NCBI GenBank assembly: GCA_963707735.1
Contig: CAVPRB010000008.1
Coordinates: 40,941-104,940 of the forward strand
Direction: 5' to 3'
Length of the DNA: 64,000 nt
Source of the DNA: an uncultured Acidobacteriota bacterium
GTDB lineage: Bacteria > Acidobacteriota > Terriglobia > Terriglobales > Acidobacteriaceae
Shown here: piece by piece, positions 1 to 10,540 of the stretch
Layout: each line of letters opens with the position of its first letter
How positions within the stretch are numbered: the first letter of the stretch is position 1
The notes under the pieces: model-generated
What the model saw: only the letters and a program-made list of their open reading frames with translations
What the model was told of the DNA's origin: nothing
The model's database searches: none
Made by a program: the position numbers and the translations under genes

Positions 1-144
1 ATCTTCATGGGCGTGAAAAAGGGCACCACAAAGTACAGCATGGTGGACATCTCCGAGGGAAAGTCCTGCGGCGCCTGCCATACCACGGTTGCGTTTCCTA
101 TTACTGACTGTCAACGCTGCCATTCCAAACCGGTACAACCCTGA
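1..144 (+). CDS. multihaem c-type cytochrome, C-terminal end (5' partial at window edge)
   Basis: Frame +1 is open from base 1 to TGA at 142-144. Translation ...GKSCGACHTTVAFPITDCQRCHSKPVQP contains two CxxCH haem-binding motifs. Confidence 0.6.
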   Translation: MFMGVKKGTTKYSMVDISEGKSCGACHTTVAFPITDCQRCHSKPVQP

Positions 145-156
145 GCAGAGGCGTCT

Positions 157-492
157 ATGTCCAGGACCAGTTTCATCGTGACCTTGCTCTTCATAGGGAT
201 GATTACCCAATTCGGCGTGCGTGCCAGCGGCGAGCCCATCGGGGCGGCGCCGCAAACGGCCCCGGCACAGCAGTCCTGGCAGAGGGAGTTTGAAGACGTC
301 TGCTCCAGGACCCAGGACGCAATGACATTCTCGCAGCAGGAACTCACGGCACTCATTCAACGCTGTGACGCTCTGCAGGGGCGGATTGCCAAGCTCGACG
401 ATACGCAGAAAAGGGTCTACATGGGACGACTACGAATGTGCCGAGGCCTTTATGCCTATGTGCTCGAATCGAAGAGGAACGAGAAAAAATAA
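157..492 (+). CDS. small secreted hypothetical protein
   Basis: ATG at 157; signal-like N-terminus (FIVTLLFIGMITQFGVRA); 111 aa; no recognisable domain. Its 3' end overlaps the next gene's start region. Confidence 0.4.
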   Translation: MSRTSFIVTLLFIGMITQFGVRASGEPIGAAPQTAPAQQSWQREFEDVCSRTQDAMTFSQQELTALIQRCDALQGRIAKLDDTQKRVYMGRLRMCRGLYAYVLESKRNEKK

Positions 493-1297
493 GCAGCAGC
501 CTTTCCTGCTCGCGCTTATTTTCGGAAGCTTGTTCCTGGCGAACAACGCGTGGGCGCAAATCTATTTACCAGGCCCCCCACCGGAACAACCCTCCGACTA
601 TGGCAAGGTGATTCTCGACAACTATTCGCCCGCTGCCGGGATGCATGCTGTTGAGTTCGACCATTGGCAGCACCGCGCCCGCTTCACCTGCCGTCTCTGT
701 CATGTCGATATCGGCTTCGCCATGGAAGCCAAAGCCACCGGAATCCAGGCGGCCACCAATCGCCAGGGTTTCCATTGCGGCGCCTGCCATGATGGCACAA
801 GGGTCTTTGCGGGCAAGACCATCTTCGCCGCCTGCTCGGATGACAGACATGACCAACGCTGCGCGCGCTGCCATTCCGTCGGTGTTCCGAACGCAAGGAA
901 AGAAGAGTACCGCACCTTTACCGCGAAGTTTCCCAAGGCAATCTACGGCGTGGATTGGGAGGCGGCGGAGAAGGACGGACTTATCAAACCCGTCAACTTC
1001 ATCGATGGCGTCTCCGTGCAGCGGCCGCCGATGCAGAGCAGGGAAGATTTTTCCATCAAAGCAGGCTACTCCTGGGTCAACCCGATTGTTTTCTCGCACG
1101 AGAAACATTCCATCTGGAACGGCTGCGAACTCTGCCACCCCGAGATTTTCCCGACCGCCAAGCGAGGCACCGGGCGCTACTCCATGTTTGCCAACATCGA
1201 AGGCCGGTACTGCGGCGCCTGCCATGGAAAGGTCGCCTTCCCGCTCAACAATTGCAGGCTCTGTCACCCACGCGCCCCCACCTGGGTCGCTCAATAG
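452..1297 (+). CDS. hexahaem c-type cytochrome (c3/c7-like)
   Basis: Six CxxCH motifs (CRLCH, CGACH, CARCH, CELCH, CGACH, CRLCH). Signal peptide LLALIFGSLFLANNAWAQ. Start chosen at ATG 452 inside the 365..1297 ORF. Confidence 0.8.
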   Translation: MPMCSNRRGTRKNKQQPFLLALIFGSLFLANNAWAQIYLPGPPPEQPSDYGKVILDNYSPAAGMHAVEFDHWQHRARFTCRLCHVDIGFAMEAKATGIQAATNRQGFHCGACHDGTRVFAGKTIFAACSDDRHDQRCARCHSVGVPNARKEEYRTFTAKFPKAIYGVDWEAAEKDGLIKPVNFIDGVSVQRPPMQSREDFSIKAGYSWVNPIVFSHEKHSIWNGCELCHPEIFPTAKRGTGRYSMFANIEGRYCGACHGKVAFPLNNCRLCHPRAPTWVAQ

Positions 1298-1532
1298 AAC
1301 TGCGTAGTCCCTTCCCGTACCGGACGAAGGCAGAACCCGGTTTAGCAAGCGGTTGGAAGCCGTCGGAAAACCGACGCGGTGTCACGTTGGCCCATTTCCT
1401 CATCAGCGTCCACACACTGTACTCGTTTGCCTTGCGGAGTTTCCCGCGTTCGAGATTTCGTCTTGTCGCCGCAAGCAATAAACTTCGTTCCTCTGCCGCG
1501 GTTTGTGTTCCAATGCATCGCAAGGAGAAAAA

Positions 1533-2195
1533 ATGGGCAACCTATTCCTCTGCACTCTTCCGTTTCTGCTTGCCGGACCGCTCGTCACCGCGCAGGTTGC
1601 GCCTTCAACCGCGGCTGTGGCGGCGCCTCCAGTCGCCCTTCCTGCTCCGTCGCGCAGCGGCGGCATGGCGCTCAACGAGGCCCTGGCACACCGCCGCTCC
1701 ATCCGGTCGTTCCAGCCGGTCAGGCTCACGCCGCAGGAAGTTTCGCAGCTCTTGTGGGCTGCCCAGGGCGTTACCGACGACAAGGGCCATCGCACCGCAC
1801 CATCGGCTCATGCTGAGTACTTTCTCCATCTGTACTTGGCACGGCCCGAAGGCTTCTTCGAATACATCCCCGCTGCCCACGCTCTGCAAAAGATCTCAGA
1901 CAAGTATCTTCGCGCCACACTCTCCTCGCAGCCAACCGTGCAGGCTGCGCCAGCCGTCTTTCTCATTGCCGGCGAGTACGACCGCGCCGCCAAATTAGCG
2001 GATCGCGAAACCGCCCTTCGCCTCGTTAATCTCGAAGCGGGACACACCGCCCAGAATCTGCTGCTTGAAGCCACCGCCCTCGATCTTGGAGCCGTTCCCG
2101 TCGGCGGCATCGACGCAAAACAGACGGCGCGGGCCGCATCCCTGCCCCCCGCCATCACTCCCATCTACCTGGTACCCGTCGGCCATCCAAAATAG
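1533..2195 (+). CDS. nitroreductase-family (SagB-like) protein with signal peptide
   Basis: AAGGAG at 1522-1527 followed by ATG 1533. The stretch LNEALAHRRSIRSFQ and the C-terminal LEAGHTAQNLLLEATALDLGAVPVGG are typical of the nitroreductase fold. Confidence 0.75.
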   Translation: MGNLFLCTLPFLLAGPLVTAQVAPSTAAVAAPPVALPAPSRSGGMALNEALAHRRSIRSFQPVRLTPQEVSQLLWAAQGVTDDKGHRTAPSAHAEYFLHLYLARPEGFFEYIPAAHALQKISDKYLRATLSSQPTVQAAPAVFLIAGEYDRAAKLADRETALRLVNLEAGHTAQNLLLEATALDLGAVPVGGIDAKQTARAASLPPAITPIYLVPVGHPK

Positions 2196-2275
2196 TGGGA
2201 TTCCGGCTGCAAGGCTTGTTTTGTTTGGGGTGGGAGATTCAGGGGTCCTAATCGTCACCTCGGGCATGCCGCGGA

Positions 2276-2896
2276 TCAATTCTCGGCGCTCGCCCCGGCA
2301 TGGCGCTCCACATGACGCAGCACAGCATCCACCTCGCGGCAAATCTCGCCATCGCCGCTAACGACGATGTCGGCGTAGGCTCGCGACGGGTAAACGTGCT
2401 GCCGCGCCATCGGAACAACCGTGCCCCTGTACTGTTCCAGCACACTTTCGCGGCTTCGTCCCCGTTCGCGGATGTCGCGCTCGAGGCGCCTCTCCAGGCA
2501 AACCTCCTCGCCAAGATCGACATAGACTTTGGTCCGCAGCAGCGCACGCAGACTCTCCCAGTAGAGCGCGAACAGTCCCTCGATAACCACGAAGGACCTT
2601 GGCGGAATCTCAAGAGTTTCCCGCGTACGCGTGTGCCTGGTGAAGTCATAAACCGGGCGCGCGATGGGTTCGCCACCGTGCAGTTGGCGCGCCTGGCGCA
2701 GGAGCAGTTCCGAGTCCAGCGCCTCGGGCACGTCAAAGTTAAAGTGGGTGCGCTCCACCGGACTCAGATGGTCGAGTTCGCGATAGTAGGAGTCCAAATG
2801 CAGCAGTGCTGCGTCGAGCCTCTCTGCAACGCGCTCGGCGAGATAGCTCTTACCTGCGCAGGAGGGTCCGGCAACACCGATCAGATACGGCCTCAT
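2276..2896 (-). CDS. udk: uridine kinase
   Basis: P-loop GVAGPSCAGKSYL at the N-terminus, about 206 aa, uridine kinase/PRK-family layout. Reading frame intact. Confidence 0.85.
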   Translation of the reverse strand: MRPYLIGVAGPSCAGKSYLAERVAERLDAALLHLDSYYRELDHLSPVERTHFNFDVPEALDSELLLRQARQLHGGEPIARPVYDFTRHTRTRETLEIPPRSFVVIEGLFALYWESLRALLRTKVYVDLGEEVCLERRLERDIRERGRSRESVLEQYRGTVVPMARQHVYPSRAYADIVVSGDGEICREVDAVLRHVERHAGASAEN

Positions 2897-2944
2897 GATT
2901 TCGCAATTCTACAAGGAAATACGAGGCTTCCGAAGGCCGTCCCA

Positions 2945-3828
2945 TTACTTTCCTTCAGCCGCAACCCTGGGAAGAATTGCGGTAAGGAGGGCGAGGAACG
3001 TTTCGCGCACGCGCTCGCCTGTCTCCAGCACTTCCTCATGATTGATCTCGCCCGCGGACAATCCCGCGGCCATGTTGGTGACGCATGAGATGGCAAGAAC
3101 ATCGATTCCCATGTGCCGCGCCACGATTGACTTCGGGCACCGTGGACATGCCGACCAGATCGGCGCCAATGGTGCGCAGATAGCGGATCTCCGCGGGAGT
3201 TTCATAACTCGGGCCGGCCAGCGCGGCGTAGACGCCTTCCTTCAGATCGATGCCAAGTTCGCGCTGCCGCCTCCTGCGCAAGGCGGCGATAGCTGCGGCA
3301 ATAGGCCTCGCTCATACCCGGAAAGCGCGGCCCGAAGCGATCGTCGTTCGGTCCGTTGAGCGGGTTGGTGCCCTGCAGATTGATGTGATCGCTGAGCAGG
3401 ACCAGCGCGCCCTGGCGGTAGGCGGAGTTGATGCCTCCGGCGGCATTGGTGAGCACCAGGCTCTTTACCCCAAGCCGGCCCAGCACGCGCACCGGAAACG
3501 CGGCTTCGCGGCTGCTGTAACCCTCGTACTGATGAACCCGTCCCTGCATGGCCGCAACGGTAAGATCGCCGATCTTTCCAATCACCAGGCGCCCGGCATG
3601 GCCAACGGCGGTGGAGCGCGGAAAATTCGGAATGTCAGCGTAGGGAATGACCACTGAATCTTCCAGCTCTTCGGCAAAAGCACCCAGACCGGAGCCCAGC
3701 ACGACCGCAATTTCCGGCACTCCCAGGTGCGGCTTCTGCGAAAGCTGCATGCGAATCACCATGGCCGCGGATTCGGCGCGGGTGAACTCATCCATCGCCA
3801 TGTGCTTTACATCTGCGTGCGAACTCAT
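2945..3828 (-). pseudogene. punA: purine nucleoside phosphorylase (trimeric PNP type), needs two frame changes
   Basis: PNP sequence is spread over three frames. ORF 3202..3828 carries VLGSGLG, GHAGRLVIG and MQGRVHQYEGY. ORF 3036..3281 carries [39 protein letters not shown] 2945..3205 carries [22 protein letters not shown]. The shifts lie near 3290 and 3130. Confidence 0.8.
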
Positions 3829-5058
3829 AACAACACTCCCACAATGCAGGCCGACATCAGGTTCGCCATGGTTCCGGCGATCATAGCCTTAAAGCCAAGC
3901 CGGGCAAGGTCGCCGCGGCGCGAAGGCGCCAGCGCGCCGAGACCGCCAATCTGAATGCCGATGGAACTGAAATTGGCAAAGCCGCAAAGCGCAAACGTGG
4001 CGATGGTGAACGAGCGCGGATCCAGCGCCGCTTTCTGCCCGCCAAGCATGGTGAAGGCAACCAGTTCATTCAATACCATGCGCGTGCCCAGCAGGTTGCC
4101 GATGGCCATGCAATCATGCCACGGCACTCCGATGATAAAGGCGATGGGGGCAAAGAGTACGCCGAAAATCTTCTCCAGGCTCGCCGGAAACCAGGCGAAG
4201 CCGTGCGCGGCGAAGAAGATTGTGCGCGCCGCCCAGCAGGGAGTTGATGAGGAAGATGATGGCCAGGAATGAAATCAGCATGGCGGCCACGTTCAACGCC
4301 AGTGCAAGGCCGTCGCTGGTTCCCTTGGCCGCCGCTTCCAGCACGTTGCTGGCGCGCTCCTCCTTGGGCAATGCGGCGCCGCTGGCGGTCTCTGGAACTT
4401 CGGTCTCCGGCACCAGCATCTTGGCCACGGTGAGGGTTCCGGGCGCGGTCATGATCACGGCGGCCAGCAGGTGCTCCGGAGCTACGCCGGTGGCAATGTA
4501 GGCGGCCATGATGCCGCCGGAGACGTGCGCCATGCCCGCCGTCATCACCACCATGAGCTCAGACTGGGTGAGGCGCGGAAGATAGGGGCGAATGGTGAGT
4601 GGAGCTTCGGTCTGTCCCATGACGATGGAGGCGGCGACGTTGAGCGACTCCGCACCGCTGGCACCCATGGTTTTTTCCATGACCACGGCGACCATGCGAA
4701 TCAGAAACTGCATCATGCCGAAGTAGTACAGAATGGAGAAAAATGCGGCGATGAAGATGATGGCGGGCAACACCTGGAAGGCGAAGATGAAGCCGAGATT
4801 GGAGTTCTGCGCCCCAGCTTCTCCGAAGACAAAACGGGAACCCGCAAATGAGCAGGCAAGCAAACGCTTTGCGCCTTCTCCGGCCTTTGCGATCGCCAGT
4901 TGTCCCCACCACACCTTGGTCACGAAGACGGCGAAAAGCACCTGCAAGGCGATTCCGGTGGCCACGACCCGCCAGCGAATGGCTTTGCGGTTGGTGGAAA
5001 AGAGCCAGGCAGCGGCCAGCAACAAGAGCAGTCCGAGCACTCCGGTGAATCGTCCCAT
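3825..5058 (-). pseudogene. nupC: NupC/CNT-family nucleoside transporter, one frame change
   Basis: Transporter sequence starts at MGRFTGVLGLLLLLAAAW (ATG 5058) in ORF 4114..5454. The conserved C-terminus (FAPIAFIIGVPWHDCMAIGNLLGTRMVLNELVAF...) continues in ORF 3825..4127. The shift lies near 4210-4225. Confidence 0.8.
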
Positions 5059-5347
5059 CGCTTCCCTCTCAGATCGAATGGAGCCGAATCGAGCAGACTC
5101 GCGCTGCGTCATCTCTAAGATTAACCTGCACAGCTGCGGTTCCGGCGCGCCGATGGAGTACGCCGCGCAAAGAACCGGCCTGGCCTCGTCAAAACGCTCA
5201 ACTAAGTTGGAGCCAGCGGTACAGAGATACCAGCCGCCCAGGACAAGTCCGGCATAGCCCGCCGTCGCGCACTCGATGGCCGGGACAGAGCCGTTTGCGA
5301 AAGCCAGGATGTCTTCGCGATGCGCCGGGTGCGGCAACCCGCTCACA

Positions 5348-6061
5348 TCACTTTGCGCCAAGCTCCTTGACGATGGCCACACTGGCGCTGGCGCCCACGC
5401 GGCTGGCTCCGGCATCGACCATGGCCAGCAGGTCGGAGGCGGTGCGGATTCCACCCGCCGCTTTGACTCCGATCCTGTTGCCGACCACGCCGCGCATCAG
5501 CGAAACGTCGGCGGCGGTGGCGCCGGCGCTGGAAAAGCCGGTGGAGGTTTTCACAAAATCCACTTCCACGGCGGCCGCCAACTGGCAGACCAGAATCTTT
5601 TCTTCCGTGGTCAACAGCGCGGTTTCAATGATGACCTTGAGCAGCGCGCCGGAGCGATGGCAGAGATGCGCCAGCGACTGCATCTCCATTTGCACCAGGT
5701 CGCGGTCGCCGCTCTTGAGGGCGCCGACGTTGATCACCATGTCGAGTTCGGTGGCTCCCAGGCGCAGCGCATCACCGGCCTCGGCCAGCTTGGAGGTAGA
5801 GGTGGTGGCGCCCAGCGGAAACCCGATCACGGTGCCGACCACCACGCCGGTTCCGCGCAATTCAGCCTTGCACTGCGCGATGTTCGAAGGGTTCACCATC
5901 ACCGAGTAGAAGCCGTACTCGGCGGCTTCACGGCAGAGCTTGGCTACCTGCTCGCGCGTGGCTTCCGGTTTTAGAAGGGTATGGTCAATGAGCTTCGCCG
6001 CCAGGCGCCAATCGTTGCGAATGGCTTCAGCGGAGGGATTCAAACTGATCGCATGCGACAT
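5348..6061 (-). CDS. deoC: deoxyribose-phosphate aldolase
   Basis: LIDHTLLKPEAT, DMVINVGALKSGD and FVKTSTGF (Schiff-base Lys) motifs. Start taken at MSHAISL; an upstream ATG at 6100 is also possible. Confidence 0.85.
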   Translation of the reverse strand: MSHAISLNPSAEAIRNDWRLAAKLIDHTLLKPEATREQVAKLCREAAEYGFYSVMVNPSNIAQCKAELRGTGVVVGTVIGFPLGATTSTSKLAEAGDALRLGATELDMVINVGALKSGDRDLVQMEMQSLAHLCHRSGALLKVIIETALLTTEEKILVCQLAAAVEVDFVKTSTGFSSAGATAADVSLMRGVVGNRIGVKAAGGIRTASDLLAMVDAGASRVGASASVAIVKELGAK

Positions 6062-6143
6062 CCAATTACCTGCTTCGGCCGCTACGCGGCCGTCGTGCAT
6101 AGAATGGCTCCGCCTAGTGTACGACGAAGCGAGCGCGCCGCCG

Positions 6144-6659
6144 CTACGGAACCACGCAAATATCCGGAAGATTGCGGTAACGTTCGGCATAGTCCATTCC
6201 GTATCCCACAACGAACTCATCGGGAATCTCAAATCCCACGTAGTCGGCCTGGATGGGCTGCTGACGGCGGCACTTCTTGTCCAGCAGGGCTGCGATTCTG
6301 AACGCCTTGGGATGGTGCGCCAGGATCATTTTTTTCAGATAGGACATGGTCAATCCAGTGTCGAGAATGTCTTCGACCAGGATGACGTTCTTGCCCTCCA
6401 TCGACTGATCGACGTCCTTCAGCAATTTGACTTCGCCGCTGTTCTGCTTCTGGTTGCCGTAGCTGGAGACGGCGATGAAGTCGAAGGTGGAGTCCAACTC
6501 GATCTGGCGCGCGAGGTCGCTGAGAAAAATTGCCGCGCCCTTGAGCACGCCCACCAGAACCACCGGCTCTCCGGCAAAATCCTCGGAAATCTGCTGGCCC
6601 AACTCGGCGACACGGGCAGCAATCTGTTCACGCGAGAAAAGTACTTTCAGCTCCGGCAC
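6144..6659 (-). CDS. hpt: hypoxanthine phosphoribosyltransferase
   Basis: PRPP-binding motif NVILVEDILDTGLT and C-terminal VGYGMDYAERYRNLP. Likely GTG start at 6659, since the ORF extends upstream without homology. Confidence 0.8.
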   Translation of the reverse strand: MPELKVLFSREQIAARVAELGQQISEDFAGEPVVLVGVLKGAAIFLSDLARQIELDSTFDFIAVSSYGNQKQNSGEVKLLKDVDQSMEGKNVILVEDILDTGLTMSYLKKMILAHHPKAFRIAALLDKKCRRQQPIQADYVGFEIPDEFVVGYGMDYAERYRNLPDICVVP

Positions 6660-6854
6660 GATGCGTTGCTCCAGAAACGGCAGTAACGCAGCAGGAAAGG
6701 GAGAAAAGGGATAGTAGAAGGTATCGGCAAAAGTTGCAAGCCGGCAGACAACCCGAGAGTTCAGTGACTTCCCGGCCAGCGCCAAACCATCATTTCGCGA
6801 TATGATCGAGACGGTTCCCACTTACATAGGGCCAGTCCGCCCCTGGAGGAAGCC

Positions 6855-8466
6855 ATGCGCCAGCGCAGCGCGGGAAGGTTGTCCATTTTCCTTGTCGCAG
6901 TTCTCACCATCGGTGCCTCTGGATCACAGATCCAGGCGTTCAAAAACTCTCCGGCACGGCCGGCCACCGCAGCTCAGCAGGTTGCCAAAGAACAACAGTC
7001 CGAAGCTCGGCCCGCAACCGAGACCCCGGAGGGACGCGCGGAAAAAGCTCTGAACGAGGCACGCGGCAACAATGGCGCGCTCTACGCCCTGCTGAAAGAA
7101 GATGCCAAAGGGCGGCGACCTGCACAATCACCTTACCGGCGCGGTTTACGCAGAGAGCCTGATACAGTTTGCGGCCGACTCCGGATTGTGCATCGATCGC
7201 CAGTCGCTGGCGCTGGCGCAGGCGCCCTGCCAGCCCAACCAGGCCGAAGCGCGCCAGGCATTGAGCGATCCGGAGCTATACCGCGACGCGATTGATGCCT
7301 GGTCGATGCGCGATCTTAAGCCCGGGGCCAATGGGCACGATCATTTCTTTGACACGCTTCTCCAAGTTTGGTCCCGCAACCGAAGCCCACATGTCGCAGA
7401 TTCTCGCCGAAGTGACCCAGCGCGCCGCCGACGGAAACGTGCAGTATCTGGAACTGATGGTCTCTCCCGACCACGGACGCGCCTCGGCACTGGGCGCGCA
7501 AGGCTCGGCTACGACGCCGACTTCGCCGCGATGCGCCAGAAGCTTCTGGACGCGGACTTTGCCAACGCGGTGGAGGAGGCGCGCAAAAACCTGGACGCCA
7601 TGGAACAGGGCAAGAACGAACAGCTGCAACTGCGCCAGCGAGCCCGAAGTTCACGGCCGGCGCCTGCTCGGTGCACGTCCGCTACATCTACACCGTGTCG
7701 CGCGCCGCAAAGCCGGCACAGGTGTTCGCGCAGATGCTGATGGGCTTTGAGTTGGCCAGCCGCGATCCGCGCGTGGTTGCGCTGAACCTGGTGCAGCCCG
7801 AGGACTGGTACGTGCCCATGCACGACTTCCACCTCCACATGCAGATGCTGAACTACCTCAAGAGCGTGTACCCAAGCGTGCACATCACGCTGCACGCCGG
7901 AGAACTGGCGCCCGGCATCGTGCCGCCCGATGGGCTGCGCTTCCACATCCGCGAGTCCATCGAGTTGGGCAAGGCCGAGCGAATTGGCCACGGCGTGGAT
8001 GTGATGTACGAAGAACAATCCGCACGAACTGCTGGCCACGATGGCGCGCCGCAACGTAATGGTCGAGATCTGCCTGACCTCGAACGAGGGCATTCTCGGC
8101 GTCCGGGGACGGCAGCATCCGCTGGCAATGTACTTGAAGGCAGGGGTTCCGGTGGCGCTGGCGACCGACGACGAGGGCGTTTCCCGCTCCGAGATGACGC
8201 GCGAGTATGAGCGCGCCGTGCTGGACCAGGGACTTGACTACGTTACGCTGAAGAAGATGGCGCGCACCAGCCTGGAGCATGCTTTTCTGCCGGGCGCCAG
8301 CCTGTGGAGCGATGCTCACAAATTTACTCCGGTGCATGAGTGTGCCGGCGACCGGCCCACCACGGTGCCCAGTCCGGCCTGCATGCGATTCCTGAACGGC
8401 AGCGAAAAGGCGCGCGAACAGTGGCGTCTGGAACGCCGCTTCACCGACTTTGAAAGCAAGTTCTAG
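6855..8466 (+). pseudogene. add: secreted adenosine deaminase, at least five frame changes
   Basis: The signal peptide is in ORF 6855. Conserved segments alternate between ORFs 7102, 7292, 7102 again, 7671 and 8041. They include MPKGGDLHNHLTGAVYAESL, GHDHFFDT, AEVTQRAADGNVQYLELMVSP, VHITLHAGE, ERIGHGVD, EICLTSN and ATDDEGVSRS. The shifts lie near 7095, 7350, 7495, 7640 and 8020. Confidence 0.75.
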
Positions 8467-8487
8467 CCCGCGCGCGAACACATCGGT

Positions 8488-9405
8488 TTAACCGCGCGGG
8501 TTACTGATTCGGGAGTTCGCGGTGATCGCCATGGATGGCCCGGGCTCGCCGGCCGAATCCACCCATGCCGTGTACCACATGTTCAAAAGCATCTGCGCGC
8601 CGCGTCCGAGTTGCTGGCGGATGAACTCGCGCGACTCCGGCGTTCCTTTGCCATCAAAGCCGCCAGCCTTCTCCAACTGGTAGGCCCGCTCGATCCTCGA
8701 CCGCGACTCGCGCAGGTAGGCAATATAGTCCTCGAAGGGGTGATCAAGATGTCTTGGCGCGCCGACCAGATCCGCGATATGGGTGACCTCCGGATTGGCG
8801 TTCACAAACGCCGTCTCCATCTTCGAATGAACGTCATGCGAAGTGGAGTAGCCCTTGGGATTCGGCCCCACCCAGCCGTTATATTGGATCGAGGTGTGCA
8901 TCGGGTTGGAACCGTCACCAACATAATGGCCGAGCCAGCCCGCGTAGAAGATGGCGTTGGCTTCGGCATCGGCGGTCGAGCGCCCTCGGCCTGGGCGTGG
9001 CGAAACTCGCGGAAGGCGACCTTCAGGCGGTCGAAGACTTCGATGGTAGATATAGGGCTGAAACCCGATTTTCTCCGGCGGCGGCACGCCGTCCTGGGGA
9101 TGTTGCGCGCGATATTGGTAGACAGCCTGGATGAATGCATAGCGGTCCGGCGGAAACGGCTTGAGCCAGTCCACGTACTCAAGATCGATGAAATGATCCG
9201 GAGCTTGTGCGTCATTCAGAGGCTTTTCCAGGTTGGAGCGCCAGCGATCCGGCTCCGGTCCCAACCATCCGATGCGACTTGAGGCAGCCTTGAGAAAATG
9301 TGGCATATCAGCCGGAATTTTTTCGGCAGCCGCGCGGTTGATGGTTGTGTGTCCAACGTCACCCCAGCCTGGGGCCAGCGTCGGCAGCAAAACCGCCGCT
9401 AGCAA
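8488..9405 (-). CDS. S1/P1-type nuclease (zinc-dependent), secreted; contains a locally out-of-frame segment
   Basis: N-terminal GWGDVGHTTI motif, plus APDHFIDLEY and WLGHYVGDGSNPMHT. About 70 nt (8978-9048) read as an Arg/Pro-rich stretch in the main ORF. The same bases read as TIEVFDRLKVAFREFRHAQAEG in another frame. Confidence 0.65.
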   Translation of the reverse strand: MLAAVLLPTLAPGWGDVGHTTINRAAAEKIPADMPHFLKAASSRIGWLGPEPDRWRSNLEKPLNDAQAPDHFIDLEYVDWLKPFPPDRYAFIQAVYQYRAQHPQDGVPPPEKIGFQPYIYHRSLRPPEGRLPRVSPRPGRGRSTADAEANAIFYAGWLGHYVGDGSNPMHTSIQYNGWVGPNPKGYSTSHDVHSKMETAFVNANPEVTHIADLVGAPRHLDHPFEDYIAYLRESRSRIERAYQLEKAGGFDGKGTPESREFIRQQLGRGAQMLLNMWYTAWVDSAGEPGPSMAITANSRISNPRG

Positions 9406-9464
9406 TAATCAGCAAACGCAAAGCAAGGTTTCCGCATAAAGAGCGTCAGCCTCGGAGATGAACT

Positions 9465-9788
9465 CTAGCACAGCGCGATCGAAAATTCACTGAAACAAGG
9501 GGCCGCCGGACTGCTTCCATGCCGGCCGCAGTTTTCCTCGCGATGTCGTTCGGTGAAATATTCCGGCAATCGCCCTTTGCGAACCTCCCACCAGGCATAA
9601 CTGAAAAAAAGCGCAAGCACCCAGGAGATGCCGACAAACAGCACTCGCACCCAGCCTGCCGGCAATCCCTGCACCAGGCCGATGGTCCCGGCCACCGCGG
9701 CAATCCACCACAGCAGCGCCACAAATCCCAGGCGACGGCGCGCTCCGGCAATGTTCTGTGGTTCCAGGCTCTTCCCCGTCTCCGTCAT
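9465..9788 (-). CDS. small membrane protein (two predicted TM helices)
   Basis: 107-aa ORF with two hydrophobic stretches (LGFVALLWWIAAVAGTIGLV and VLFVGISWVLALFFSYAWW). No recognisable domain. Confidence 0.4.
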   Translation of the reverse strand: MTETGKSLEPQNIAGARRRLGFVALLWWIAAVAGTIGLVQGLPAGWVRVLFVGISWVLALFFSYAWWEVRKGRLPEYFTERHREENCGRHGSSPAAPCFSEFSIALC

Positions 9789-9876
9789 GATTGATCTCTA
9801 GTGTGATTTTCCGTGCGCGGCACACCCAGCCTCAAACCGCGCAAGCGACGGCCGGCGAGGTCATTTTCTCACGGTA

Positions 9877-10338
9877 TCAGGCGTATGCCAGCGAGCAGGA
9901 ACGCTTCCTGGCAAGGTATTCCCGCAACTCCTCAAAGCCCGCAAAAACCTGCGAGGCACATCCCAGGAGCCAGCCGCTGAGTTGTTCGACCGGCAGCTTG
10001 GTCACCAGGTACACGGGCACGCCGCGACGGTAGGCCACGGTGAGTTCGCCTTGCGTGCCGGCGTCCCTGCCCGCGTGCTCGTCCCAGTAGGCCACCAGTG
10101 CATCGCAACGCTCCTCGACCCAGTCCAAATCGTATTGAATGACCTTGCGGATGGTCTGTTGAAAGCGGGGAAGATCGGTTTGCTTCCAGCCGCGAAATTC
10201 GCGGGCTTCCTCGTCGGTCAGGTCCTTTTTCTCGTCGAGCGCGGGATCATAAACATCGTGTCCCAACTCGTGAAGAAGACGCGTGACCTCGGCCCGCCAG
10301 GCTTTAGCCATGGTCGGGAGAAGATTCGATGACGCCAC
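9877..10338 (-). CDS. nucleoside 2-deoxyribosyltransferase-like protein
   Basis: About 150-aa ORF with DAGTQGELTVAYRRGVPVYLV, which resembles the catalytic-Glu region of the family. Sits in a nucleoside-salvage context. GTG start at 10338 or ATG at 10311. Confidence 0.5.
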   Translation of the reverse strand: MASSNLLPTMAKAWRAEVTRLLHELGHDVYDPALDEKKDLTDEEAREFRGWKQTDLPRFQQTIRKVIQYDLDWVEERCDALVAYWDEHAGRDAGTQGELTVAYRRGVPVYLVTKLPVEQLSGWLLGCASQVFAGFEELREYLARKRSCSLAYA

Positions 10339-10540
10339 ATAAATAAATCAGCATTTGAGGAACCCGCCAATCTTGACGGGAAAACTGATTGTCGTTCGCA
10401 ATGCATCCCAAGGTCAACCAGAAACTGCGGCGTAGCAGGCAATAAGCGGGCAGGATGGCGGCAGGCAGCCACGGCTCGACGCAACCGGCCCCGACCCCCG
10501 CAATGGATCCTGCCGGGAAATTCGCTACAGTGGCCACGGG

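Noticed and set aside
566-1998. ORFs 566..1348 (-), 645..1307 (+) and 955..1998 (+) overlapping the cytochrome and nitroreductase genes
   Set aside because: They have Pro/Arg/Ser-rich nonsense composition. The frames containing six CxxCH motifs and the nitroreductase motifs explain the region.
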